Source: Armatimonadota bacterium
GTDB lineage: Bacteria > Armatimonadota > UBA5829 > DSUL01
Length of the DNA stretch: 64,000 bases
Assembly (NCBI GenBank): GCA_039811685.1
Contig: JBDHZC010000001.1
Location: forward strand, 512,001-576,000
Reading direction: 5' to 3'
In this document: piece by piece, positions 1 through 12,454 of the stretch
How positions within the stretch are numbered: position 1 is the first letter of the stretch
How the letters are laid out: each line of letters starts with the position of its first letter
Program-made: the position numbers and the translations under genes
The notes under the pieces: model-generated
Told to the model about the DNA's origin: nothing
What the model saw: only the letters and a program-made list of their open reading frames with translations
Database searches by the model: none

Positions 1-844
<844 letters not shown>

Positions 845-1135
845 TAGCGGCTGGAAACCCCGCTTCGCACACGACGCGGCAACTCACTGCCTGCCCTCTT
901 GCAGGGTAGAAGGAAAGCGCACATGGCGAGACCCTGACAAAAAATGCGTATCCGTCTCAATTGCATTTAATGATATACTTAGAAGCGGACGTGAACATTC
1001 AGATTTTGGACACATGGGGAGCGCGGGCATGATCAGACGCAGGACGCCGGAGGCTCCTAGCCGGCCGGTGATGGATGTGGGAATGTCGGGCGTTGGAGCT
1101 CTCGGGCTCAGCCGGAAGAAGGGCCGCTAACTGAG

Positions 1136-2752
1136 ATGGGCAGAGGGCGGAAGATTCGATGGTGTGCTTCCTTCCGCGCGTTTGCTTCCACTGCCGCGTG
1201 CGCGCTGATAAGCGCGCCGCACTGCCACAGCGGAGTTGTCTTTAGGCCTGCCCAGACTATTGCTTCTGACTGCGGGCAGTACTCTTCTCTCAAGATAGAT
1301 CCCGCCGGGCTGGCGCATATCGCATGCCGCGATCACGTCCGCTCCGACCTGGTGTACTTCAAGAGCTCACCTCCCGGCGCGTGGACGCGCGAGACTGTTG
1401 ACGCTGACGGTGATGTCGGACGCTTTGCCTCACTCGCTCTCACCTCGGACGGACGGCCGGTCGTGGCTTACCTGGACTTCTGGAATGGACGGCTCAAGAT
1501 TGCGGAACGCACAACATCAGGATGGTCGGTCGAGAGCGTCGCAGGGCCCCCGTGCTCCGGCTGGTACTGTTCGCTGGCGCTGGATTCGGAAGATCGTCCA
1601 CACATAGCTTTCAGCGCATGCGCTTCTCCTGCGCTCTATTTTGCGTCGCGCGCGTCTTCCGGCGCTTGGACGTTGGAGACGGTCGACAGCGCGGGAGACG
1701 TGGGACTGTACGCGTCGCTGGAACTATGGGACAATAATCCCCGTATCAGCTACTACGACCGGGATCGTGGGCACTTGAAGTTCGCGGAGCGCGTGGCAGA
1801 TGGATGGAGTGTGACCACCGTTGATGACGGTGACCGGGTCGGTTTGGACACTTCGCTGGCGCTAGATGAGGCCGGGGAGCCGCACATCAGCTACTGGGAT
1901 CAGAAGAACGGCCTCTTGAAGTACGCCTTCCGGGAAGGTGGCGTCTGGCATGTGGAGACCGTTGACGCCGAGCCGTACGGAGGGTATGAAAGCAGCCTCA
2001 GTTTGTCGGGAGGAATTCGCGTTTCCTATGAGGGCGCAACTGGACTCAGAGTCGCTGAGCGTATCGATGGTTGCTGGCGAATCTGGAAACTTGACGATAA
2101 AAGCTCTGCCGTAGGCTACACATCACTGGCAGTGGACAGATCGGACAATCCGATCATCTCCTACTTTCGGCTGTCAACTCAGTCACTGGAGATGCGCTCG
2201 GGTTGGGCGGAGGCAAGCGCGCGGCAGTTGGCTGGCTCCAACGTGGTTTCGCCAGGCGTCGCCCGCACCTACCAAAACGGACAATGCGCGATGGTGGACG
2301 GCATTATTACGTCCGACGGTGGACATGCGGGGTGGTGGCTCGAAGCCACAGATAGATCGGCCGCTTTGCAGATAAGGGCTCCAGTTGGGTGCGGTCTGCC
2401 GGCAAGAGGTGATCTTGTGAAGGCTCTGGGCATGTTGGAGACTGCTTCCGACGGGTCGGTCAGGCTTCAGTTGTGTTCATTTGTATCCAGTGCTCCTGCG
2501 CAAGGCCCAAAACCGCTCGTTGTTGCGCGCGCCCACCATCTCGCTGACGGCTTGCTGTGCACTGTTGCCGGAGTTGTTTGGGTTACGAAGGGCGGCATGG
2601 AGGTAGGAGGGATGACTCTCGAGTTGCCGACAGGTTGGAGCGCCCCTCCGGCAGGAGCGTTTGCCATCGTAACGGGCATCCTGCGGGCAGGCTTGTCCTC
2701 TACCTCGATCACTCCGCGCAGTTCTGGGGACGTCATTGCGATCGGCCAGTAG
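1136..2752 (+). CDS. Secreted protein: seven ~47-aa repeats (probable 7-bladed beta-propeller) plus shared C-terminal domain
   Basis: Signal-like N-terminus; repeats of W.VETVD..GDVG.Y.SLALD..G.PHISY.D...G.LK.A; C-terminus similar to those of 15537-20315 and 50712-52505. Confidence 0.8.
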   Translation: MGRGRKIRWCASFRAFASTAACALISAPHCHSGVVFRPAQTIASDCGQYSSLKIDPAGLAHIACRDHVRSDLVYFKSSPPGAWTRETVDADGDVGRFASLALTSDGRPVVAYLDFWNGRLKIAERTTSGWSVESVAGPPCSGWYCSLALDSEDRPHIAFSACASPALYFASRASSGAWTLETVDSAGDVGLYASLELWDNNPRISYYDRDRGHLKFAERVADGWSVTTVDDGDRVGLDTSLALDEAGEPHISYWDQKNGLLKYAFREGGVWHVETVDAEPYGGYESSLSLSGGIRVSYEGATGLRVAERIDGCWRIWKLDDKSSAVGYTSLAVDRSDNPIISYFRLSTQSLEMRSGWAEASARQLAGSNVVSPGVARTYQNGQCAMVDGIITSDGGHAGWWLEATDRSAALQIRAPVGCGLPARGDLVKALGMLETASDGSVRLQLCSFVSSAPAQGPKPLVVARAHHLADGLLCTVAGVVWVTKGGMEVGGMTLELPTGWSAPPAGAFAIVTGILRAGLSSTSITPRSSGDVIAIGQ

Positions 2753-4097
2753 AGCTACGCTTCTTTCACACGCAGCGCTCATCGTCCTTCTGGCTATCCT
2801 GCCGTTCGCGCGGGCCATACGGGGTCCGTTCATCTGGGACGATCGCTACCTTCTTTCACAGATACAGAACCAGGACTTGAGTGGCATTCTGAGGGGCAGT
2901 TTCATTGAGCGCCCAGGTGAAAGCCGCGGTGACTACTATCGCCCGTTGGTCTCGCTGTCTCTGGCTGCGGACACGGCCATATGGGGCGAAACGCCAATGG
3001 GGTTCCACCTCACGAATATGGGCATTTACGCGCTATGCGCTCTGGCGGCGTGGTTGCTGGCGCTGCGGTGGCTTTCGGCGGGTCCAGCGTTCACTGCTGC
3101 CGCCATCTTTGCTGTTTATCCTGTGCACTGCGAGCCGGTATGCTGGATATCCGGGAGAACAGACTTGCTTGCAGGACTCTTCATCCTCCTGACGGTGTTG
3201 ACGTACCTTCGTCTGCGAGGAAGCGGGAAGGAGTATGTCGCTCTGCTGTTTGCTCTAATGGCTCTGCTGGCCAAAGAGAGCGCAGCGGCAATAGTGCTGC
3301 TCGTTCCAATCAGTCTGTGGATGGAGGGCGAGCGCAAGTTCAAATCGTTGGCGCTGCCCGGAGTAGCGCTGGCTGTGGTGGCAGGAACGTACTTTGGGAT
3401 CCGGGCGCTGACGCTCCCCGTGACGCCGCCCCACCCTCCCGGTTCACTACCTGGCCAGCTTAGCGTGGCCGCTTACAGCCTCCTCATGCACTTTCAGATG
3501 CTCGCGCTGCCGAGCACTGCCCGGCTTGGCTATCCAGTAGTAACGGAAGAGGTCGCAAACCTGTCAACCTGGTTTTTTGTGGCAGGGCTGCTGAGTATTG
3601 CTATTTTCGCCTGGCAGGAACGCCGCGCCCATCCTGTGCCCTGGTTTTCAACAGCGTGGTTTGGCGCATGCCTGCTGCCTGTGCTTGGTTCCGCCGTCGG
3701 TCTCAGCGGCACTGTCGTGGCTCAGCGATATGTCTTCACGGCTTCGATCGCTGCGGCAATTCTGCTGGCCTGGGCCCTTTCGCGCCTGCCTGTCACACTG
3801 GCAAGACCGTTCGCAGCCGGCCTGATTGCGGCGCTGATGGCTTTGTCTTTCAGCCGGGCCGGGCTCTGGGCGGATGATCTGGTTTTCTGGCGACAGATGG
3901 TTGCGGACGCGCCAACGATGGGTTGGGGCTATTACAATCTTGGAAACGTGGCGGTGGAGCGCCAGAATCTACCCCTGGCATTGAACAGTTACAAAGCCGC
4001 CGCGGCCTTGATGCCAGATGAGCGGTTGCCACAGAACGCGCTGGAAGAAGTGCGCGAGCTTCTCGCAGCCCAGACGCGCTCACAGCCTCGGCGCTAG
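2736..4097 (+). CDS. TMTC-like GT-C-fold membrane glycosyltransferase with C-terminal TPR
   Basis: [26 protein letters not shown] and KES motifs; many TM helices; TPR-like tail (YYNLGNV). Confidence 0.8.
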   Translation: MRSASRATLLSHAALIVLLAILPFARAIRGPFIWDDRYLLSQIQNQDLSGILRGSFIERPGESRGDYYRPLVSLSLAADTAIWGETPMGFHLTNMGIYALCALAAWLLALRWLSAGPAFTAAAIFAVYPVHCEPVCWISGRTDLLAGLFILLTVLTYLRLRGSGKEYVALLFALMALLAKESAAAIVLLVPISLWMEGERKFKSLALPGVALAVVAGTYFGIRALTLPVTPPHPPGSLPGQLSVAAYSLLMHFQMLALPSTARLGYPVVTEEVANLSTWFFVAGLLSIAIFAWQERRAHPVPWFSTAWFGACLLPVLGSAVGLSGTVVAQRYVFTASIAAAILLAWALSRLPVTLARPFAAGLIAALMALSFSRAGLWADDLVFWRQMVADAPTMGWGYYNLGNVAVERQNLPLALNSYKAAAALMPDERLPQNALEEVRELLAAQTRSQPRR

Positions 4098-4129
4098 ACT
4101 CGTCTTTCTCGTCCAAGGCATGCGTTGTA

Positions 4130-4138
4130 TGGTATACT
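4130..4138 (+). promoter_or_regulatory. Extended -10 element for rnhA
   Basis: TGG-TATACT 9 nt before the ATG at 4148. Confidence 0.45.
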
Positions 4139-4147
4139 CCTCACGCA

Positions 4148-4648
4148 ATGTCTGGCTCCAATCCCCTCCCTAAGACCAACTCGTCTGGCGACATCAAAAG
4201 GAAACGTCCGCAGGTGACCATTTTCTCTGATGGCGGAGCGTCCCCCAACCCAGGTCCGGGAGCGTGGGCGGCCATTCTGCGGTCAATACACAAAGAAAAA
4301 GAGATTTCGGGAGGCGAGGATCACACCACAAACAACCGAATGGAGCTGACAGCGCTTGTCCGGGCTTTGGAGGAGCTCAAAAAGCCCTGCAACGTCACAG
4401 TCGTAACAGACAGCCAGTATCTGATGCATGCTTTCACAGATGGGTGGCTTGAGAAATGGAAGAGAAACGGCTGGAAGACTGCGGGCAAAGGCGCGGTCAA
4501 AAACCAGGATCTGTGGATGGAGCTGGATGAGCTGATGCAGGAACACGCTGTAAGCTGGGAATGGACGAAAGGACACGCAGGACATGCTGAAAATGAGCGC
4601 GTGGACGCACTGGCGACGGAGACGCGCAAACGCCTTTACGGAGTCTGA
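4148..4648 (+). CDS. rnhA: Ribonuclease HI
   Basis: [44 protein letters not shown]. Confidence 0.97.
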   Translation: MSGSNPLPKTNSSGDIKRKRPQVTIFSDGGASPNPGPGAWAAILRSIHKEKEISGGEDHTTNNRMELTALVRALEELKKPCNVTVVTDSQYLMHAFTDGWLEKWKRNGWKTAGKGAVKNQDLWMELDELMQEHAVSWEWTKGHAGHAENERVDALATETRKRLYGV

Positions 4649-4724
4649 AAGCTCGCTCAGTCCCGGCAGAATGGACCGGCAGCGGACTCACCTACTGCGC
4701 AGATAGAATGCGCTGAGGCGTCTG

Positions 4725-6266
4725 TTATTCGTTCTCGACATCTTTGTGGGGAGGCGCTTCTTCCAGCAGTGTGGGCTGCAACCAGGTTCGCCCATCTCGC
4801 GCAATCAGCAACTCCGCAGACTCCGGACCCCACGTTCCGGCCTGATAGTTGGCGAAATCCGTCGGAGGAACCTGCGACCATACATCCAGTATAGGCATTA
4901 GCAGTGACCAGCCGCACTCCACCTGGTCCGCCCGCATGAACAACGTGCTGTCATCGGTCATCACATCCCATAGCAACGTTTCATAGGCATCCGGAGACGG
5001 CGTCTGAAAAGCCTGCCGGTAGCTGAAGCGCATGTCCACCGGGCTGAGGCGGATATGCTGACCAGGCTGTTTAGCCTGGAACTTCAACACAATTCCCTCA
5101 TCCGGCTGAATGCAGATAACCAGCCCTGCCGGCTGGTAACCTATGGTGCTTTCGCGTGGGAACGACTGGTGCGGCACGGCCCCAAAGCGGATGGAGATTT
5201 CCGAAACCTGTCGCGGCAGGCGCTTACCAGTCCGCAGATAGAACGGTACGTCCTGCCAGCGCCAGTTGTCAACAAACAGTTTCAAAGCCGCAAAAGTTTC
5301 GGTTGAAGAGTTCGGGGCGACATCCGGCTCTTCACGATAGCCCTGCACATGCTCACCCTCCAGCCATCCGGGCCCGTACTGTCCCCTGGCTGTCACGGCG
5401 GCGACGTCATGTTCAGTAATCGGGTGGATCGCATGCAGGACGTCGGTTTTCTTGTTGCGGATCTCATCGGCTTCAAAAGAAACTGGAGGCTCCATCGCAA
5501 TGAGGCACAGGAGTTGAAGCAAGTGGTTCTGTACCATGTCGCGCAGCGCGCCCGCCTTGTCGTAGTAGCCGCCTCTGCGCCCCACTCCGACCTGCTCGGC
5601 TACGGTAATTGTGACGTGGTCCACGTACCTCCGGTTCCAGACCGGCTCAAAACAGGCGTTGGCAAATCGAAACGCCAGAATGTTCTGCACAGTCTCCTTA
5701 CCGAGATAGTGGTCGATGCGGAAAATCTGGCGCTCCTGAAAATGTCTTCGCAGTACGCTGTTGATCGCCATCGCTGAATCTTTGTCGTGTCCGATAGGCT
5801 TCTCAACGACTATTCGCGCGCGGTCACGCTCCGCCGCCAGCTTTGCGTCACCCAGTCTGCAGGCAATATCCTCGATGATGCCCGGAGGAATCGCCAGATA
5901 GAACACCTGCGCGGCGTTGGCCTTCCACTTTTTCTCAGTCTCATCTATGCGTTTGCGAAGATCATCGTAATAGCTCGCATCGGTGATATCGAAGCGCAAG
6001 TAAGAAACGTGCGCGGCAAACTCATTCCACCGGTCAGCAGGCGCGGGGCCTGTTCGGGAGAATTGATCGACGCCGTCCTTCAGATAGGCGCGAATGGATT
6101 CATCAGTGTGCTCGACGCGGTCGATGCACAGAAGCTGAAAGCGTTCAGGTAGCCCGGACTCCAAAAACAGGTTGAACAGCGCGGGGACGAGCTTCCGGTG
6201 CGTCAAGTCGCCCGCGGCGCCGAAGATGACGAGAATAGTCGGTTCAGGACGAAGGTAGTGAGGCAT
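4725..6266 (-). CDS. zwf: Glucose-6-phosphate 1-dehydrogenase
   Basis: [39 protein letters not shown]; start placed at MPHYLRP (6266). Confidence 0.97.
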   Translation of the reverse strand: MPHYLRPEPTILVIFGAAGDLTHRKLVPALFNLFLESGLPERFQLLCIDRVEHTDESIRAYLKDGVDQFSRTGPAPADRWNEFAAHVSYLRFDITDASYYDDLRKRIDETEKKWKANAAQVFYLAIPPGIIEDIACRLGDAKLAAERDRARIVVEKPIGHDKDSAMAINSVLRRHFQERQIFRIDHYLGKETVQNILAFRFANACFEPVWNRRYVDHVTITVAEQVGVGRRGGYYDKAGALRDMVQNHLLQLLCLIAMEPPVSFEADEIRNKKTDVLHAIHPITEHDVAAVTARGQYGPGWLEGEHVQGYREEPDVAPNSSTETFAALKLFVDNWRWQDVPFYLRTGKRLPRQVSEISIRFGAVPHQSFPRESTIGYQPAGLVICIQPDEGIVLKFQAKQPGQHIRLSPVDMRFSYRQAFQTPSPDAYETLLWDVMTDDSTLFMRADQVECGWSLLMPILDVWSQVPPTDFANYQAGTWGPESAELLIARDGRTWLQPTLLEEAPPHKDVENE

Positions 6267-7695
6267 TTGCCAAATCTTTCTGCCACTCAGTGTGGAAGAC
6301 ACCGGGTTCATCGGTTCGCTCGTACGTGTGAGCTCCGAAGTAGTCCCGTTGAGCCTGGATAAGGTTGGCCGGCAGCCATGCGCTGCGGTAGGCGTCGAAA
6401 AAGCTCAGTGATGTCATCAGCGCAGGCGCTGGCACGCCCATAGCCGCCGCTGCGCAAACCACGTCCCGAAGCCCCGCCTGGCGCTTCGTAAGCTGATCGG
6501 CGATCTCTTCATCGAAAAGCAGGCTGGGTAGATCAGGCTGGCGCAGAAGCGCCGTTCTGATGTCGTTGAGCATGCGGGAGCGGATGATACATCCACCGCG
6601 CCAGATACTGGCGATGTCCGCCGGAAGCAGGTCATATCCGTGCTTGTCAGACGCTACTCTTAACAACGACATTCCCTGCGCATAGGCCAGAAGTGCGCCA
6701 GCATACACTGCGTCCGCCAGCGAGTCTTTCAGGTGCTCAGCATTCTCACACTCCTCAGGCGCCGGACCTCCAAGTAACTTACTGGCCTCCACACGCTGCT
6801 GTTTGTAGCCGGACAGATCACGCATGCCCACCGCGATATCAATGACCGGCGCGGGAAACTGGAGCTGCAACGCTTCCTGAGACGTCCACTGACCCGTGCC
6901 TTTCTGCCGAGCCTGATCCGAGATAGAGTTAAGCAGCAGGTCTCCGGTCTTGTTGTCGCGGTAGCGGAAAATGTCCGCTGTTATCTCCATCAGAAATCCG
7001 TTGAGATCCCCCCTGGACCACCCGTCAAAGGTTTCTCCGATTGTTGCGTCATCCAGACCCATTCCCCGTTTCATGAAGTCATAGGCCTCAGCGATGATCT
7101 GCATGATTGCGTATTCGATGCCGTTGTGAACCATCTTCACGTAGTGCCCCGCGCCACCTGGACCAAGGTACGTCACACAGGGTTCCCCTTCCGCCCGGGC
7201 CGCGACATCCGTCAGGACTCTTTCAAGACGCTGATAAGCCTCCCGCTTGCCGCCAGGCATAATGCTTGGCCCGTGACGCGCGCCTTCCGCCCCACCCGAG
7301 ATGCCCACGCCCATAAAGGTGATACCAGTCGGCTCCAATTCGGCAATGCGTCTTTCGGTGTCCAGAAAAAAAGAGTTCCCGCCGTCAACAATGAGGTCAC
7401 CGGCTTCGAGCAGTGGACGAAGATCGGAAATGACAAGGTCAACCGGTGCGCCGGCAGGGACAAGGAGCATAACCGCTCGCGGTTTGCGCAGTAGCTTCAC
7501 GAGATCAGACAAGCTTTGCGCTGCCTGGATGTCCCGCTGACCCGCTTCGCGCTTCAACGCTTCCGACTTGGCACTGTCCAGATCGAAGCCTGCGACCGAG
7601 TGGCCATGATCGGCCATGTTCAGCAGCAGGTTTCTGCCCATAGTACCCAGACCAATCATGCCAAGCTCGTAGTGTCCCTGCGCCATTTGTGACAT
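6244..7695 (-). CDS. gnd: NADP-dependent 6-phosphogluconate dehydrogenase
   Basis: [53 protein letters not shown] before ATG 7695. Confidence 0.97.
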   Translation of the reverse strand: MSQMAQGHYELGMIGLGTMGRNLLLNMADHGHSVAGFDLDSAKSEALKREAGQRDIQAAQSLSDLVKLLRKPRAVMLLVPAGAPVDLVISDLRPLLEAGDLIVDGGNSFFLDTERRIAELEPTGITFMGVGISGGAEGARHGPSIMPGGKREAYQRLERVLTDVAARAEGEPCVTYLGPGGAGHYVKMVHNGIEYAIMQIIAEAYDFMKRGMGLDDATIGETFDGWSRGDLNGFLMEITADIFRYRDNKTGDLLLNSISDQARQKGTGQWTSQEALQLQFPAPVIDIAVGMRDLSGYKQQRVEASKLLGGPAPEECENAEHLKDSLADAVYAGALLAYAQGMSLLRVASDKHGYDLLPADIASIWRGGCIIRSRMLNDIRTALLRQPDLPSLLFDEEIADQLTKRQAGLRDVVCAAAAMGVPAPALMTSLSFFDAYRSAWLPANLIQAQRDYFGAHTYERTDEPGVFHTEWQKDLANASLPSS

Positions 7696-7934
7696 CTCCT
7701 CCTCCCGTTGGTGCGAACGGCAGTTACCACGTTCACTTACCCATCCTGCGTCTGCTTTGAACCAGATAAGCGTGCAGGCGTAGCAGGAGTGTACACGCTG
7801 GTTTCGCCTTCCGGCTAGTGACGATGAAGATCGGAGTAAACACGGCAAAGAGAAACAACCTCACGCTGTGAGACTGTTGAGACTGCCTGGTCGGCCAGAT
7901 AGCAGCTACAAGAGGCTCAGGCACAAAGGAAACG

Positions 7935-10900
7935 ATGGCAGAAGATGCGAAAGAGTTGTCTACAATGGCGACCTGTGCACACCGATGTCCCAAGTTAATC
8001 AGCCTGCTTCTGGGAGCGATTTATATGGCACTGAGTTTCACATCCAACTCCGCCCTCGGAGAACCTGTCTATATCAGCGACCGTCAGGACCTCATTCTTT
8101 TTGCCCAGCAAGGCTGGGGACAACTGGGACTCAACACCTGCGCGTTTGTGCCGGGCGGTCAGATGCAGGAGCTTCGAATTGGCGAGCGCTCTTACGCCAA
8201 AGGGTTGGGTCAACACGCTAACGGCGAACTGGTTCTGGATGTTGACGGACGCTACAAGCTGTTCGAAGCGGAAATCGGAGTGCAGCCCCTGCCCGGCTGC
8301 AAGGGGACTGTGCGCTACGAGCTGATAGCGGACGGACAACAGATATACCGCAGCGGCGTCGTCCAAGCTGGAAAGCCTGCGATACCGGTCTCAGTACCAA
8401 TACAGGGCGTCTTTGAACTCATACTGCGCGTGGACGACGCGGGAGACGGCATCAACTGCGATTGCGCGAACTGGGCTGACGCCAGACTCACTCCTGCGGA
8501 TGTCCCGGCAACGCGGACACCTTCCAAACAAACGGATATCGCGCCTTTTGCGCGCGTTGTGACGTGGGATCCGGAGCGTATGGACGGCGCTCGCGCAGGA
8601 AGAACAGAAGAGTTTCACGCTGAGGACCTCTTTCTCGACCACAATCTCAAACCCGATGCAACTGGCCTCTACAATGTGTCGGAGTATGCGAACGGACGAG
8701 GTTGCATAGGACTCCAGTGGCTGGAGCGCCGCTACCTGAAATCTGTGTCCATAAGACTGAAAGAGCCTGTTGACATCTCAGAAGTACAGGTGCAGGGATG
8801 GGTCGGTGAATCCGCATGGCAGGGCAACTGGAATCCCCTGACGGGTACTATTGATGTCACCGACGGCGCCCTTACGCTGCGCATTGATTGGCAAAGCAAC
8901 CCGGATGCCCGACTGGGCTTTCGAAAGATTCGCTGGGTGCTTCCGGGACCAAATAGAGCAGAGCTACTGAGCGCTATCACAGTGGGGCGTTGGGCAACGG
9001 CCAGCATTACGCTTCAAGCAATTCGGCAGTCGAGCGGTCAGAGTGGTGAAATAGAGATCTATAACGGCGAGATCACGTCTCCCGCAGGAGACGGTCTTGT
9101 TCGGAGCTGGAATCTGAACAATCCGCTGACCCTGGAAGTCCGCCACAGCCTTATGACCTCCCAAAAGTCCGACCGTACAGTGTTACGGCTTCGCTTGCCG
9201 CAGGGGCAGTTTGCGGTTGCTCTTGATGACGTTTTGAATCACGGCGCTGTCTGGGTGCGAGACTATGGCGTTTACGTGACAGATGCCTCCAGACCAGTCA
9301 CGTTTCAGGATTACGAGAAGAAATATGCCGGCCGCAAAACTATCCTGTCGCGCGTGAAGAGCATGCCGGACCAGACTCTTGCTTCAGCAATGAAGCACAC
9401 GCATCGAGATATCCAAAACAACGGACCAACTCTCCTCTCGCTTGCCTGTGACAATCACAAGTTCATCGTCGGGCGCGACGGGACAATTCAGTTCGAGGAC
9501 GACCCAACAAAAGCTGACCAGTACGTGGACGCTATAGCGCCGATGGGACGTGAGATCAAGCCGGTATTCGGCGGGGGGGAGAGCGCGGGTTTCAAGCGAC
9601 AACTGTCTGACGGGTGGCTTCCAGCACCCATTTCAAAACTACAGAACCATGGCATCGAGTACAATCAGCGGACGTTCGTCGCCCCAGCTGGGAATACTGG
9701 ACGGCCCGTGCTGCTCAGCGTCCTAACCGCGACAAACATCTCCGGTACGCATGCTCAAGCGCATATCGAGCTACAGGCTTTGGATAACGGTAGACCGTTT
9801 TCCATCACGGAGAGCAGCGGACACAGGTGGCGCATTGGCAGCCCTGAAAAACCCGCCGCGCAAGTATCTGCCGCCAAAGGCCAACCCCTCACGGCGCAAG
9901 CGTCAAATGGAGCGCTGAGATTTGACGGTGAACTCAAGCCAGGCGAGTCTGCCGAAGTCATCTTGTGGATTGACATCAGCCCGGATGAAGACATCCCCCA
10001 ACCAGATGCAGACCAGTTCAACAGAGCGTTCAAAGAGTACTGGCAGGACATTCTGGGCAAAGCCACTCAGATTGACGTACCTGATCCCCTGCTGATGAAC
10101 ATCATACGCGCGTCTCAGGTGCACTGCCTGATTGCTGCGAGAAACGCTGACAAAGGGCGCCTTGTTGCGCCGTGGATCGCTTCTATGGCCTACGGGCCGC
10201 TTGAAAGCGAGGCGAACTCCATTATCCGGGGGATGGACCTCCTTGGACACACGGATTTCGCACGGCGCTCGCTGGACTACTTCATCAGCAAGTACACTCC
10301 AGAGGGCATGCTCACGACTGGCTACACTCTGATGGGCGAAGGCTGGCACCTCCAGACTCTTGGACAGCACTTCCAGCTTGCCAATGACACCGACTGGCTG
10401 AGATCTCATGCAGCGGCTGTTGAGAGCGCGTGTGAATGGATCGTCCGCCAACGCGACAAGACAATCAATTCAGAGGACGGCGTCGGTCGTCCGGAGTATG
10501 GGCTGCTTCCGCCCGGCGTGTGCGCCGACTGGAACGCCTACGCCTATCACTTTGCTCTCAATGGGTACTACTATGCGGGACTGCACCTCGCCGCCTTAGC
10601 GCTCGGGTCAATTCACGACAAGGACGTTTCCCCATCCGCAGGCAGACTGCTCCAATCCGCCGCGCACCTCAAGCGAAGCATTCTGGGCGCCTACAAATGG
10701 ACGCAGGCGCGCTCACCTGTTGTAATGCTGCAGGACGGAAGCTGGACGCCCCCCTCGCCTTCGCAGGTTCATTCTCCAGGGCCGACCGGAGACTTCTTCC
10801 CCGCCGAAGACGGCAATAGAAGCTGGTGTTATGACGTGGAACTGGGAGCTCATCACCTGATTCACCAGGGTGTTCTTGAGCCGCACAGTCAGGATGTGGA

Positions 10901-11552
10901 CGAAGCCATCAACTACCTTGAAGATGTTCAGTTCCTGTCTGACGGATGGTTCGACTATCCTTCCCAGGAGTCGCAGAAGGACTGGTTTAACCTTGGCGGC
11001 TTCAGCAAGGTACAGCCTTACTACACCCGCAACTGCGAAGTCTATGCCATGCGCGACGAGGTCAAGCCGTTTGTCCGGTCTTATTTCAACACCCTCGCGT
11101 CTCTGATAAATCTGGAAAACCTGTCCTTCTGGGAACACTTCCATAACGTGGCCGCGTGGAACAAGACGCACGAGACGGGCTACTTTTTGCAGCAGACCCG
11201 GTTTACGATGATCTTTGAGCATGGCAGTGAGCTCTGGCTGGCGCCACTGGTAACGAGTAACTGGCTGAAGCAGGGAATGCACTTTGGCGTCAGGAACGCC
11301 CCTACTGCTTTTGGACCAGTAAGCTACCAGGTCACATCTGAAGTCGACAACGGAGTGATTGAGGCCAAAGTCGAGCCCCCGTCGCGCAGCGAAGGGACTG
11401 CTATGGTTATTCGGCTGCGCCACCCGGATGGAAAGAAAATCCACAGAGTCACGATAAACGGAAAGCCGCATTCGGGTTTTGATGCCGGTACCGATACCGT
11501 GCGTGTCTACTGGCAGACAAAACCCTTTGTCGTGAAGGCAGAGTACCAGTGA
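7935..11552 (+). CDS. Large secreted protein: NPCBM/NEW2 module plus C-terminal (alpha/alpha)6-type glycoside hydrolase-like region
   Basis: Signal peptide; YAKGLGQHAN...LRVDDAGDGINCDCANWADARL (NPCBM); later region with GLLPPG..AD, FWEH and APTAFGPVSY typical of six-hairpin glycosidase-like proteins. Confidence 0.75.
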   Translation: MAEDAKELSTMATCAHRCPKLISLLLGAIYMALSFTSNSALGEPVYISDRQDLILFAQQGWGQLGLNTCAFVPGGQMQELRIGERSYAKGLGQHANGELVLDVDGRYKLFEAEIGVQPLPGCKGTVRYELIADGQQIYRSGVVQAGKPAIPVSVPIQGVFELILRVDDAGDGINCDCANWADARLTPADVPATRTPSKQTDIAPFARVVTWDPERMDGARAGRTEEFHAEDLFLDHNLKPDATGLYNVSEYANGRGCIGLQWLERRYLKSVSIRLKEPVDISEVQVQGWVGESAWQGNWNPLTGTIDVTDGALTLRIDWQSNPDARLGFRKIRWVLPGPNRAELLSAITVGRWATASITLQAIRQSSGQSGEIEIYNGEITSPAGDGLVRSWNLNNPLTLEVRHSLMTSQKSDRTVLRLRLPQGQFAVALDDVLNHGAVWVRDYGVYVTDASRPVTFQDYEKKYAGRKTILSRVKSMPDQTLASAMKHTHRDIQNNGPTLLSLACDNHKFIVGRDGTIQFEDDPTKADQYVDAIAPMGREIKPVFGGGESAGFKRQLSDGWLPAPISKLQNHGIEYNQRTFVAPAGNTGRPVLLSVLTATNISGTHAQAHIELQALDNGRPFSITESSGHRWRIGSPEKPAAQVSAAKGQPLTAQASNGALRFDGELKPGESAEVILWIDISPDEDIPQPDADQFNRAFKEYWQDILGKATQIDVPDPLLMNIIRASQVHCLIAARNADKGRLVAPWIASMAYGPLESEANSIIRGMDLLGHTDFARRSLDYFISKYTPEGMLTTGYTLMGEGWHLQTLGQHFQLANDTDWLRSHAAAVESACEWIVRQRDKTINSEDGVGRPEYGLLPPGVCADWNAYAYHFALNGYYYAGLHLAALALGSIHDKDVSPSAGRLLQSAAHLKRSILGAYKWTQARSPVVMLQDGSWTPPSPSQVHSPGPTGDFFPAEDGNRSWCYDVELGAHHLIHQGVLEPHSQDVDEAINYLEDVQFLSDGWFDYPSQESQKDWFNLGGFSKVQPYYTRNCEVYAMRDEVKPFVRSYFNTLASLINLENLSFWEHFHNVAAWNKTHETGYFLQQTRFTMIFEHGSELWLAPLVTSNWLKQGMHFGVRNAPTAFGPVSYQVTSEVDNGVIEAKVEPPSRSEGTAMVIRLRHPDGKKIHRVTINGKPHSGFDAGTDTVRVYWQTKPFVVKAEYQ

Positions 11553-11574
11553 GAGCGGCCCTGTTATCCGGCCG

Positions 11575-12366
11575 CTATTTGAAGGTGGAGTCAGGCAGTC
11601 CTGTGTTGACTTGGACAGAAGTGTATTCTGAGGTTCCGGCCAACTTCTCGTCCTCATTGTAAACGCGGATCTCCGTCGGTAACAAGAAGCCGTCAAAAGA
11701 CCTGTGCTTGGAGTAGATGTAGCGCGCGATAAGTGAGCCGTCATCCTCAAAGTTCTCGCGCTTCATCAAGCGCATCTGTGAAGCGTCGATATAGAGCTTG
11801 ATCTTTTTATGCAGCGCGTTGGACCGTGCCATCACGACCAGATAGACCGGACGCTGATCATCTGTTGTAAGGGAAACAGAGTCAATGTGATACTGTGTCC
11901 AGATTGAAGGGTCAACCAGCCCGACATCGAGGGCGCTTCTGCGTTTGTGCGGCTTTTGCGAGATGTCCTCCGTCTTGTTGACGAACCCTGCCTTGACACG
12001 CCGCGTAGTTCCTGTGACCAGATAGGTGACATTCATCAGACCAGTCTTGCCCGTCATCTTGAACTTGTCGGGGAACTTGAACTCCAGCTTGCTGCTGGAA
12101 AACTTGTACGCCATGCCGAAGTCTTTGCCGATCTTCTCCAACTCCTGCTGATTCTCATAGGCGATACGCACTGTGAGAGTCACGTCCTTCAGTCCAGCGG
12201 TGGCACTTTGCAGCTTCTGTTTGAGCTGGAGTTCGTCTGCAGAGCTGGCTGGCGCAGTTTGCGCGGCACTGCAAAGCGATACAGAGAAGAGGAGCGCAGC
12301 GGCTGCACCGAGCGCGATCTTTACGTGAGCGCAGAACGAAAGGCATGTTTTGGAGTAGTTGGACAA
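11575..12366 (-). CDS. LolA-like outer-membrane lipoprotein-sorting/carrier protein
   Basis: Signal peptide; beta-rich body with FKFPDKFK, KLYID and terminal VNTGLPDSTF motif. Confidence 0.7.
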   Translation of the reverse strand: MSNYSKTCLSFCAHVKIALGAAAALLFSVSLCSAAQTAPASSADELQLKQKLQSATAGLKDVTLTVRIAYENQQELEKIGKDFGMAYKFSSSKLEFKFPDKFKMTGKTGLMNVTYLVTGTTRRVKAGFVNKTEDISQKPHKRRSALDVGLVDPSIWTQYHIDSVSLTTDDQRPVYLVVMARSNALHKKIKLYIDASQMRLMKRENFEDDGSLIARYIYSKHRSFDGFLLPTEIRVYNEDEKLAGTSEYTSVQVNTGLPDSTFK

Positions 12367-12454
12367 GGCTTCTTCCCGTAAGAACGTCTATCCGGACAAA
12401 ACGTTTCCATTACCAACAGACAAGAGATGGAGTGCGCCAGATTTGCGAGCGCGT

